A DNA stretch of 64,000 nucleotides, from assembly GCA_052327205.1 (NCBI GenBank), contig CM126212.1, forward strand, positions 82,522,001-82,586,000, written 5' to 3'. The notes under the pieces are model-generated. The model saw nothing but the letters and a program-made list of their open reading frames with translations. It searched no databases and was not told the origin of the DNA. The translations under genes were made by a program, and so were the position numbers. Positions 11,722-23,672 of the stretch are shown one piece after another (positions within the stretch are counted from its first letter, which is position 1; each line of letters opens with the position of its first letter). Origin of the DNA: Somniosus microcephalus (lineage: Eukaryota).

Positions 11722-13748
11722 CCCTTTATAATCTTGTTTTATTTATTTAGATAATTAATATTTCTGCTTTTAATTAACTTAGCTTATAGTTTAGTTTTTA
11801 GCACATTACTAGATCAGGTTTGCTGTAGATAGTGCAGAACAGGTGAGTGCTATAGGCAGTGTAGTGCTGGTACACTGTAGGCAGTGTAGGACAGTGAGTT
11901 GTAGGCAGTGTAGGACAGGTGAGTTGTAGGCAGTGTAGGACAGGTAAGCTGTAAGCAGTGTAGGACAGGTGATCTGTAAACAGTGTAGGACAGGTGAGCT
12001 GTAGGAGTGTAGGACAGGTGAGTTATAGGAGTGTAGGACAGGTGAGTTGTAGGCAATGTTGGACAGGTGTGCTGTAGGCAGTGTTGGACAGGTGAGCTGT
12101 AGACAGTATAGGGCAGGTGCACTGTGGGCAGTGTAGGACAGGTGAGTTGTAGGCAGTATAGGACAGGTGTGTTGTAGGCAATGTAGGACAAGTGTTTTGT
12201 AGGCAGTGTAGGACAGGTTAGTTATAGGCAGTGTAGGTCAGGTGAGTTATAGGCAGTGTAGGACATCTGAGCTGTAGGAATTGTAGGACGGATGAGTGTA
12301 GGAATTGTAGGACAGGTGAGCTGTAGGCAGTGTAGGACAGATACGTTGTAGGCAGTGTAGGACAGGTGTACACCAGTCAGTGTAGGATAGTTAAGTTGTA
12401 GGCAGTGTAGGACAGGTGAGCTGTAGGTTGTAAGCAGTGTAGGACAGTTGAGCTGGAGGCAGTGTAGGACAGGTATACTGGAGGCAGTGTAGGACAGGTG
12501 AGTTGTAGGCAGAGTAAGACAGGTGCACAGTGCGCAATGAAGGACAGGTGAGCTATAATAAGGGTAAGGACAGCTGTTCTGTCGGCAGTGTAGGACAGGA
12601 TAGCTGTAGGCATGTAGGACAGGTGCACTGTAGGCAGTGTAGGACAGGTGTGCCGTAAGCAATGTAGAACAGGTGAGTTGTTGGCTGTGTAGGAGAGGTG
12701 TGCTGTAAGCAGTGTAGGACAGCTGTGTTGTTGGCTGTGTAGGACAGATGAGCTGTAGCCAGTGTAAGACAGGTGCACTGAAGGCAGTGTAGGACAGGTG
12801 TGATGTAGGATGTGCAGGACAGGTGAGTTGTAGGCAGCATAGGTCAGCTGCACAGAGCACAGTGTAGACAGGTGAGTTGTACGCAGTGTAGAACAGGTGC
12901 ACTGTAAGCAGCATAGAATGGGTGAGTTGTTGGCAGTGTAGGACATGTGTGCTGTAGGCAGTGCAGTACAGGTTTGCTGTAGGCATTGTAGGACAGGTAT
13001 GCTGTAAGCAGTGTAGAACAGGTGAGTTGTAGGCAGTGTAGAACAGGTGTGCTGTAGGCAGTGTAGGACAGGTGTGCTGTAAGCAGTGTAGAAAAGGTGA
13101 GATGTTGGCAGTGTAGGTCAGGTGTGCGCTAGGCAGAGTAGGGCAGGTATGCTGTAAGCTGTGTAGAAAAGTTGAGTTGTTGGCAGAGTAGGACAACTGA
13201 GCTGTAGCCAGTGTAGAACTGGTGGGCTGTAGGCAGTGTATGACAGGTGTGCTGTAAGCAGTGTAGAACAGGTGAATCCTTGGCATTGTAGGACATGTGT
13301 GCTGTAAGAAGTGTAAGACAGGTGTGCTCTAGGAAGTGTAGGACAAATGAGCTGTAGGCAGTGTAGGACAGGTGCACTGTAAGCAGTGTAGAACAGGTGA
13401 GATTTGGGCAGTGTAAGATAGGTGTGCTGTAGGCAGTGTATGACACATGAGCTGTAAGAAGTGTAGAACAGGTGTGTTGTTGGCAGTGTAGGACAGGTGT
13501 GCTGCAGGAAGTGTAGAATAGGTGTGCTGTAAGCAGTGTAGAACAGGTGAGTTGTTGGCAGGGTAGGCGGGTGAGCTGTAGGCAGCATAGGACAGGTGGG
13601 CTGTAGACATTGTAAGACAGGTAAGCTGTAGCCAGTGTAGAACAGGTGAGTTGAAGGATGTCTAGGACATGTGAATTGTAGGGAGAGTTGGAGAGGTGCG
13701 CAGTGTGCAGTGTAGGACAGATGAGCTGTAAGCCGTGTAGGACAGGTG

Positions 13749-14728
13749 AGTTAGAGTCAGAGTTATACAGCACAGAAAGAGGCCCTTCACCCCATTGTGT
13801 CCGTGCTGGCCATCAAGCACTAACTATTCTAATCCCATTTTCCAGCACCTGGTCCATAACCTTGTATGCTATGGTGTTTCAAGTGCTCATCTAAATGCTT
13901 CTTGAATGTTGTGAGGGTTCCTGCCTCTACCACCCTTTCAGGCAGTGAGTTCCAGATTCCAACGACCCTCTGGGTGAAAACGTTTTTCCTCAAATCCCCT
14001 CTAAACCTCCTGCCCTTATCTTGAAACTATGTCCCTTGGTTATTGGCCCCTCTACTAAGGGGAAAAGTTCCTTTCTATCTACCCTATCTATGCCCCTCAT
14101 AATTTTGTACACCTCTATCAGGTCCACCTTTGCTCTAAGGAAAACAACCCCAGCCTGTCAAGTCTCTCTTCATAGCTGAAGCACTCCAGCCCAGGTATCA
14201 TCCTGGTGAATCTCCTCTGCACCCTCTCCAATGCAATCACATCCTTCCTATAGTGTGGCGACTACAACTGCACATAGTATTCCAGCTGTGGCCTAACTAG
14301 CATTTTGTACAGCTCGATCATAACCTCCCTGCTCTTATATTCTATACCTCAGCTAATGAAGGCAAGTATCCCATATGCCTTTTGAAACACATTATCTACC
14401 TATCCTGCTGCCTTCAGGGATCTATGTACATGCATGCCAAGTTCCCTCTGATCCTCTGTCCTTCCTAGGATCCTACCATTCATTGTGTATTCCCTTGCCT
14501 TGTCAGTCCTCCCAAAATGCATCACCTCACACTTTTCAGGGCTAAATTCCATTTGCCACTGTTCTGCCCATCTAACCAACCCATCTATATCATTCTGTAG
14601 CCTGAGGCTTCCCTCCTCACTATTTACCACTCCACTAATTTTCGTGTCTTCTGCGAACTTACTGATCATACCTCCTACATTCCTAACTAAATCATTAATA
14701 TACACTACAAACAGCAAAGAACCCAGCG
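13749..14728 (-). mobile_element. 5'-truncated CR1 LINE (~1 kb) in satellite B
   Basis: ORF 14400..14717 reads LFVVYINDL...ISKFAEDTKI...WQMEFSPEKCEVMHFG. Tail GAGTTAGAGTCAGAGTTA at the left end. Confidence 0.93.
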
Positions 14729-17700
14729 TTCTAGGCAGTGTAGGACAGGTGTGCTGTAGTCAGTGTAGAACAGGTGTGCTGTAGGCAGTGTATGATAGAT
14801 GGGCTGTAGGCAGTGTAGGACAGGTGTGCCATAAGCAATGTAGAACAGGCTTGATGTAAGCAGTATAGAACAAATGAATTTTTGGCTGTGTAGGATAGGT
14901 GTGATGTAGGCAGTGTATGCGAGATGATCTGTAGGCAGTGTAGGACAAGTGTGCTGTGAGCAGTGTAGAACAGGTTTGCTGTAAACATGTAGAACAGGTG
15001 AATTTTTGGCTGTGTAGGATAGGTGTGCTGTAGGCAGTGTAGGACATATGATCTGTAGGCAGTGTAGGGCAAATGTGCTGTAAGCAGTGTAGAACAGGTG
15101 AGTTGTTGGCAGTGTAGGACAGGTGAGCTTTAGCAGTTTAGGACAGCTGTGCTGTAAGCAGTGTAGAGCAGGTGTGCTGTAAGCAGTGTAGAACAGGTGA
15201 GCTGTTGGCAGTGTAGGACATGTGTGCTGTAGGCTGTGTAGGACAGGTGAGCGGGAGGCAGTGTAGGACAGATGAGCTGTAAGCAGTGTAGAACAGTTGA
15301 GTTGTTAGCAGTGTAGGACAGGTGAGCTGTAGCCAGTGTAGGACTGGTGTGCTGTAGGCAGTGTAGGACAGGTGAACTGAAAGCAGTGTAGAACAGGTGA
15401 GTTCTTGGCTGTGTAGGACAGGAGTGCTGCAAGCAGTGTAGGAAAGGTGTGCTGTAGGCAGTGTAGGAGAGATGAGCTGTAGGCAGTGTAGGACAGATGC
15501 ACTGTAAGCAGTGTAGAACAGGTGAGTTTTGGACAGTGTAGGGTAGGTGTGCTGTAGACAGTGTAGGACACATGAGCTGCAAGCAGTGTAGAATAGGTGA
15601 TTTGTTGGCAGTGTAGGACAGGTGTGCTGTAGCAAGTGTAGGACAGGTGAACTGAAGGCAATGTAGAACAGGTGTGCTGTATGCAGTGAAGGACAGGTGA
15701 GCTGTAAGCAGTGTGGGAAAGGTGAGCTGTAGGCAGTGTAGAACAGGTGGGCTGTAGGCAGTGTAGGACAGGTGAGCTGTAGCCAGTGTGGAACAGGTGA
15801 GTTGAAGGATGTGCAGGACAGGTGAGTTGTAGGCAGAGTAGCACAGGTGCACAGTGTAGGACAGATGAGCTGTAAGCAGTGTAGGACAGGTGAGTTATAG
15901 GCAGTGTAGAACAGGTGTGCTGTAGGCAGTGTAAGACAGGTGGGCTGTAGGCAGTCTAGGATATGTGAGCTGTAGGCATTATAGGACAGGTGTGCTGTAA
16001 GCAGTGTAGAACAGGTGAGTTGTTGGCAGTGTAGAACAGGTGAATTTTTGGCTGTGTAGGATAGGTGTGCTGTAGGCAGTGTAGGACAAATGATATGTAG
16101 GCTCTGTAGGACAGGTGCACTGTTAGCAGTGTAGGACAGGTGAGTTGTTGGCAGTGTAGGACAGGTGAACTGTAAGCAGTGTAGTACAGGTTACTTGTAG
16201 GCAGTGTAGGAGAGGTGTGCTGTAGGCAGTTTAGGACAGGTGATCTGTAAGCAATGTAGAGAAGGTGAGCAGTACAGAGTGTAGGACAGTGCCCTATTAC
16301 AGCGTAGAACAAGTGTGCTGCCGACTATGTATGACAGTTAAGCTGCAGACAGTGTAGGACAGGTGTGCTGTAGGCAGTGTAGGACAGGTGTGATGCAGGC
16401 AGTGTAGGACAGGTGTGCTGTAGGCCGTGTAGGACAGGTATGTTTTAGGCAGTGTAGGATAGATGTGCTGAAAGCAGTGTAGAACAGGTGTGCTGTAAGC
16501 AGTGTAGAACAGGTGTGCTGTAGGCAGTGTAGGACAGGTGAGCTGTAGCCAATGTAGGACTGGTGTGCTGTAGGCAGTGTAGGGCATGTGGCCTGTAGGC
16601 AGTGTAGGATAGATGAACTATAGGCAGTGTAGAACAGGTGAGTTGTAGGCAGTGTAGGACAGGTGAGCTGTAGCCAGTGTAGGATTGGTGTGCTGTAGGC
16701 AATGTAAAACTGGTGGGCTGTAGGCAGTGTAGGACAGATGTGCTGTTAGCAGTGTAGAACAGGTGAGTTGTTGGCAGGGTGGGACAGGTAAGCTGTACGC
16801 AGTGTAGGACAGCTGTGCTGTAGGCAGGGTAGAATGGGTGTGCTGTAGGCAGTGTAGGACAGGTGTGATGTAAGCAATGTAGAAAAGGGGAGTTGTAGGC
16901 AGTGTAGAACAGGTGAGCTGTAAGCAGTGTAGAAAAGATACGCTGTAGACTGTGTAGGACAGGTGAGCTGTAGGCAATGTAGGACAGGTGAGCTGTAGGC
17001 AGTATAGAACAGGTGAGCTTAGGCAGTGAAGGACAGGTGCACTATGGTCAGTGTAGAACAGGTGAGCAGTACAGAGTGTAGGACAGTGCACTGTTACAGT
17101 GTAGAACAAGTGTGCTGCAGGCTGTGTAGGTCAGGAAGAGCTGTAGGCAGTGTAGCACTGGTGTGCTGTTGGCAATGTAGGACAGATGTGCTGCAGTCAA
17201 TGTAGGACAGGAGTGCTGTAGTCAGTGTAAGACAGCTGTGCTGTAGGCAGTATAGGACAGGTGTTCTGTAGGTAGTGTAGGACAGGTGTGCTGTAAGCAG
17301 TGTAGAACAGGTGTGCTGTAGGCAGTGTAGGACAGGTTGCTGGAGGCAATGTATGACAGGTGTGCTTTAGGCAGTGTAGAGCAGGTGAGTTGTAGGTAAT
17401 GTAGGACATGCGTGCTCTAAGCAGTGTAGGACAGGTCTGCTATTGGCAGTGTAGGATAGCTGTGTTGTAATCAGTGTAGAACAGGTGAGTTGCTGGTAGT
17501 GTAAGACAGGTGAGCTGTAGGCAGTGTAGGACAAGTGAGCTGTAGGCAATGTAGGACAGGTGTGTTGTAGGCATTTTAGGACAGGTGAATTGATGGCAGT
17601 TTAGGACAGCTGAGCTTTAGCAGCGTAGGACAGGTGTGCTGTAAGCAGTGTAGGACAGGTGAGTTGTTAGAAGTGTAGGACAGGTGTGCTGTAGGCAATG

Positions 17701-20700
17701 TAGGCCAGGTGAGCTGTAGGCAATGTAGGACAGGTTTGTTGTAGGCAGTGTAGGACAGGTGAGTTGTTAGTAGTTTAGGGCTAGTGAGCTGTAAGCAGTG
17801 TAGAACAGATGCGCTGTAGGCACTGTAGGACAGGTGAGCTGTAGTCATTGTAGCACATGTGAGTTGTAGGCAGCTGTGGACAGGTGTGCTCTAAGCCGTG
17901 TAGGGCAGGTGTGCTATTGGCAGTGTTGAACAGCTGTGTTTTAAGTAGTGTAGAATAGGTGAATTGCTGCTAGTGTAGGACAGGTGAGCTGTAGGCAGTG
18001 TAGGACAGGTGAGCAGTAGGCAAAGTAGGACAGTTGTGCTGTAGCCAGTGTAGGACAGGTGAGTTGCTGGCAGTGTAGGACAGGTGAGCTGTAGGCAGTG
18101 TAGAACTGGTGAGTTGAAGGATGTGTAGGACAAGTGAGTTGTAGGCAGAGTAGGACAGGTGCACAGTGTGTAGGACAGATGAGCTATAAGCAGTGTAGGA
18201 CAGGTGAGTTGCAGGCAGTGAAGGACACATGTACTGTAGGCAGTGTAGAACAGGTGTGCGGTAGGCAGTGTAGGACAGGTGCGACGTAAGCAGTGTAGAA
18301 CAGGTATACTGTAAGCAGTGTAGAGAATGTGACTTTTTGACAGTGTAGGATACGTTTGCTCTTGGCAGTATAGGACAGATGATTTAAAGGCAGTGTAGGG
18401 CAGCTGTGCTGAAAGCAGTGTAGAACAGGTGAGTTGTTGGAAGTGTAGGAAAGGTGAGCTTTAGCAATTTAGGACAGGTGTGCTGTAGGCAATGTAGGAC
18501 ATGTATGCTGTAGGCAGTGAAGAATAGGTGAGTTTTAGGCAGTGTAGGACAGATGAGCATTAGCAATTTTCGACAGGTGTGCTGTAAGTAGTGTAGGACA
18601 GGTGTACTGCAGGCAGTGTAGAACATGTGTTCTGTAGGCAGAGTAGGACAGGTGTGCTGCAGGCAGTGTAGGACAGGTGTGCTGTAGCTAGTGTCGGACA
18701 GGTGTGCTTTAGGCAGTGTAGGACAGGTGTGCTTTATGAAGTGTAGGACAGGTGTGATGTAAGCAGTGTAGAACAGGTGTGCTGTAGGCAGTGTAGAACA
18801 GGTGTGCTATAGACAATGTAGGACAGATGAGCTGTAAGCAGTGTAGAACAGTTGAGTTGTTGGCAGTGTAACACAGGTGTGCTGTAGGCAGTGTAGGAGA
18901 GGTGAGCTGTAGGCAATGTAGGTCAGGTGTGCTGTAGGCAGTGTAGGACAGGTGAGTTGTTGGCAGTGTAGGGCAGGTGAGCTTTAGCAATTTTAGTCAG
19001 GTGTGCTTTAAGCAGTTTAGGACAGGTGAGTTGCTGGCAGTGTAGGCCAGGTGTGCTGTAGGCAGTGTAGGAAAGGTGTGCTGTAAGCAGTGTAGGATAG
19101 GTGAGTTGTTGACAGTGTTGGAAGGTGAGCTTTAGCAGTTTAGGACAGTTGTGCTGTAAGCAGTAAAGGACAGTTACCTTTAGGCAATGTAGGACAGGTG
19201 TGCTGCAGGCAGTGTAGAACAGGTGAGCTGCAGGCAGTGTAGGACAGGTGAGCAGTACAGAGTATAGGGCAGTGTCCTATTACATTGAAGAACAAGTGTG
19301 CTGCAGGCTATGTATGACAGGTAAGCTGTATGCAGTGTAGGACAGGTGTGCTTTAGGCAATGTAGGACAGGTATGCTGCAGACAGTGTAGGACAGGTGTG
19401 CTGTAGGCAGTGTAGGGCAGGTGAGTTGTTGTCAGTGTAGGACAGGTGAGCTTTAGCAACTTTAGACAGGTGTGCTGTAAGCAGTTTAGGACAGGTGAGT
19501 TGCTGGCAGTGTAGGCCAGGTGTGCTGTAGGCAGTGTAGGAAAGGTGTGCTGTAAGCAGTGTAGGATAGGTGAGTTGTTGAAAGTGTTGGAAGGTGAGCT
19601 TTAGCAGTTTAGGACAGTTGTGCAGTAAGCAGTGAAGGACAGGTAGCTTTGGCAGTGTAGGAGAGGTGTGCGCTGTAGGCAGTAAAGGACAGGTGAGTTG
19701 TAAGCAGTGTAGAGCCGGTGAGCAGTACAGAGTATAGGGCAGTGCCCTTTTGCAGTGTAGAACAAGTGTGCTGCAGGCTATGTATGACAGGTGTGCTGCA
19801 GACAGTGTAGGACAGGTGTGCTGTAGGCAGTAAAGGACAGGTGTGCTTTAGGCAGTGTAGGACAGGTGAGCTATAAGCAATGTTGGACTGGTGTGCTGTA
19901 GGCAGTGTAGGGTATGTGGTGTGTATGCTGTGTAGGACAGATGAGCCGTAGGCAGTGTAGAAAAGGTGAGTTGTAGGCAGTGTAGGACAGGTGAGCTGTA
20001 GCCAGTGTAGGACTGGTGCGCTGTAGGCAGTATAAGACAGGTCGGCTGCAGGCAATGTAGGACAGATGAGCTGTAGGCAATCTAGGACATGTGAGCTGTA
20101 GGCAGTGTAGGACAGGTGTGCTGTAAGCAGTGTAGAACAGGTGAGTTTTTGGCAGTGTAGGACAGGTGAGTTGTGTGCAGTGTAGGACAGGCATGCTGTA
20201 GGCAGGGTAGAATGGGTGCACTGTAGGCAGTGTAGGACAGGTGTGGTGTAAGCAATGTAGAAATGATACACGGTAGGCAGTGTAGGACAGGTGAGCTGTA
20301 GGCAATGTAGGACAGGTGAGCTGTAGGCAGTGTAGAACAGGTGAGCTTAGGCAGTGAAGGACAGGTGCACTATGGTCAGTGTAGAACAGGTGAGCAGTAC
20401 AGAGTGTAGGACAGTGCACTGTTACAGAGTAGAACAAGTGTGCTGCAGGCTGTGTAGGTCAGGAAAAGCTGCTGGCAGTGTAGGACTCGTGTGCTGCCAG
20501 CAGTGTAGGACAGGTGTGCTGCAGGCAATGTAGGACAGGGGTGCTGTAGTCAGAGTAGGACAGGTATGCTGTAGGCAGTATAGGACAGGTATGCTGTAGG
20601 CAGTATAGGGCAGTTGTGCTGTAGGCAGTGTAGGACAGGTGTGCTTTAGCCAGTGTAGAACAGGTGAGTCGTAGGCAGTGTAGGACATGTGTGCTCTAAG

Positions 20701-22560
20701 CAGTGTAGTACAGGTCTGCTATCGGCAGTGCAGGACAGGTGAGCTGTAGGCAGTGTAGGACAAGTGAGCTGTAGGCAATGTAGGATGGGCGTGTTGTAGG
20801 TATTTTAGGACAGGTGAGTTTTTGGCAGTGTAGGACAGCTGAGCTTTAGCAGTGTAGGACATGTGTACTGTAAGCAGCGCTGGACAGGTGAGTTGTTAGC
20901 AGTGCAGGACAGGTGTGCTGTAGGCAATGTAGGGCAGATGTGCTGGAAGCAGTGTAGAACAGGTGAGTTGTTGGCAATGTAAGACAGGTAGTTGTACGCA
21001 ATGTAGTACAGGTGTGCTGTAGGCAGTGTAGGACAGGTGTGCTGTAGGCAATGTAGGACAGGTGAGCTGTAGGCAATGTAGGACAGGTGTGTTGTAGGCA
21101 GTGTAGGACAATTTAGCAGTTTAGGAAGGTGTGCTGTAAGCAGTGAAGGACAGGTGAGTTTTAGCGTAAGACAAGTGATTTGTAGCCAGTGTAGCACAGG
21201 TGATTTGTAAGCAGTGTAGAATAGGTGAGCAGTACAGTGTGTAGGACAGTGCACTGTTACAGTATAGAACAAGTGTGCTGCAGGCTGTGTTGGGCAGGTG
21301 AGCTACAGGCAGTGTAGGACAGGTGTGCGTAGGCAGTGTAGAACAGGTGTGCTCTAAGCAGTGTAGGGCATGTGTGCTATCGGCAGTGTCGGACAGCTTT
21401 ATTGTAAGTAATGTAGAACAGGTGAACTGCTGGTAGTGTAGGACAGGTGAGCTGTAGGCAGTGTAGGACAGGTGAGCTGTAGGAAAAGTAGGACAGGTGA
21501 GTTGTTGACAGTGTAGGGCAGGTGAGCATTAGCAGTTTAGGACAGGTGTGCTGTAAGCAGTGTAGGACAGGTGAGTTGTTGGCAGTGGAGGACAGTTGTG
21601 CTGGAGGCAGTGTAGGACAGGTGAGCTGTACGCAGTGTAGGACAGCTGTGCTCTAGGCAGGATGGAATGGGTGTGCTGTAGGCAGTGTAGGACAAGTGTG
21701 GTGTAAGCAACATAGAAATGATACCCGGTAGGCAGTGTATGACAGTTGAGATGTAGGCAATCTAGGACAGGTGTGCTGTAGGCAGTATAGGACAGGTGTG
21801 CTGTAAGCAGTGTAGGACAGGTTGCTGGAAGCAATGTAGGACAGGTGTGCTTTAGGCAGTGTAGTGCAGGTGAGTTGTAGGCAGTGTAGGACATGTATGC
21901 TCTAAGCAGTGTAGTACAGGTCTGCTATTTGCAGTGTAGGACAGCTGCGTTGTAAGCAGTGTAGAACAGGTGTGTTGCTGGTAGTGTAGGACAGGTGAGC
22001 TTTAGGCAGTGTAGGACAAGTGAGCTGTAGGCAATTTAGGACGGGTGTGTTCTAGGCATTTTAGGACAGGTGAGTTGTTGGCAGTGTAGGACAGCAGAGC
22101 TTTAGCAGTGTAGGACATGTGTGCTGTAAGCAGTGCAGGAGAGGTGAGTTGTTAGCAATGTAGTACAGGTGTGCTGTAGGCAGTGTAGGACAGGTATGCT
22201 GTAGGCAGTGTTTGACAGGTGAGCTGTAGGCAATGTAGGACAGGTGATTTGTAGGCAGTGTAGGACAGGTGAGCTTTAGCAATTTTAGTCAGGTGTGCTT
22301 TAAGCAGTTTAGGACAGGTGAGTTGCTGGCAGTGTAGGCCAGGTGTGCTGTAGGCAGTGTAGGAAAGGTGTGCTGCAAGCAGTGTAGGATAGGTGAGTTG
22401 TTGACAGTGTTGGAATGTGAGCTTTAGCAGTTTACGACAGTTGTGCTGTAAGCAGTGAAGGACAGATATCTTTAGGCAGTGTAGGACAGGTGTACTTTAG
22501 GCAGTGTAGGACAGGTGTGCTGCAGACAGTGTAGGACAGGTGTGCTGTAGGCAGTGTAGG

Positions 22561-23672
22561 AGTCATAGAGTCATAGAGTCATAGAGTTATACAGCACAGG
22601 AAGAGGCCCTTCGGCCCATCGCGTCCGCGCCGGCCATCAAGCCCTGTCTAATCTAATCCCATTTCCCAGCATTTGGTCCGTAGCCTTGTCTGCTATGGCA
22701 TTTCAAGTGCTCATCCAAATGCTTCTTGAATGTTGTGAGGGTTCCTGCCTCTACCACCCTTTCAGGCAGTGAGTTCCAGATTCCAACCACCCTCTGGGTG
22801 AAAAAAGTTTTTCCTCAAATCCCCTCTAAACCTCCTGCCCCTTACCTTGAATCTATGCCCCCTTGTTACTGACCCCTCTACTAAGGGGAAAAGTTCCTTT
22901 CTATCCACCCTATCTATGTCCCTCATAATTTTGTATACCTCAATCAGGTCCCCCCTCAGCCTTCTCTGCTGCAAGGAAAACAACTCCAGCCTGTCCAGTC
23001 TTTCTTCATAGCTGAAGCGCTCCAGCCCAGGTAACATCCTGGTAAATCTCCTTTGGACCCTCTACAAAGCAATCACATTCTTCCTATAGTGTGGTGACCA
23101 GAACTGCACACAGTACTCCAGCTGTGGCTTTACCAGCGTTTTGTACAGCTCCATCATAACCTCCCTGCTCTTATATTCTATGCCTTGGCTAATGAAGACA
23201 AGTATCCCATATGCCATTTTAACCACCTTATCCACCTGTTCTGCTGCCTTCAGGGATCTATGTGCATGCACACCAAGGTCCCTCTGATCCTCTGTCTTTC
23301 CTAGGGTCTTACCATTAATTGTGTATTCCCTAGCCTTGTTAGTCCGTCCAAAATGCATCACCTCTCACTTTTCAGGGTTAAATTCCATTTGCCACTGTTC
23401 CACCCATCTGACCAACCCATCTATATCGTCCTGTAGCCTGAGGCTTCTCACCTCGCTATTTACCACCCCACCAATTTTCGTGTCATCTGCGAACTTACTG
23501 ATCATACCTTTTACATTCACATCCAAATAATTAATGTAGACCACAAACAGCAAGGGACCCAGCACCGATCCCTGCGGTACCCCACTGGACACAAGCTTCC
23601 AGTCACAAAAACAACCTTCCACCATCACCCTCTGCCTTCTGACACTAAGCCAGTTTTGGATCCAATGTGCCA
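22561..23672 (-). mobile_element. 5'-truncated, relatively young CR1 LINE (~1.1 kb) in satellite B
   Basis: RT reads [18 protein letters not shown]...ISKFADDTK. (AGTCATAG)x3 tail. AGGA flanks both ends (22558-22561 and 23673-23676). Only two nonsense codons and one frameshift are evident. Confidence 0.95.

Larger units (their letters stand above)
8328..11815 (-). mobile_element. Old, near-full-length CR1 LINE (part of 5' UTR, ORF1, ORF2) lacking its extreme 3' end
   Basis: Minus-strand translations give, in CR1 order: ORF1 CxxC start, GDSLVRG, DGLRLN; APE endonuclease LKALYL.A.SI, ES.WVEI, YRPPN, MGDFN; [28 protein letters not shown]. Many stops and deletions. Confidence 0.92.
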
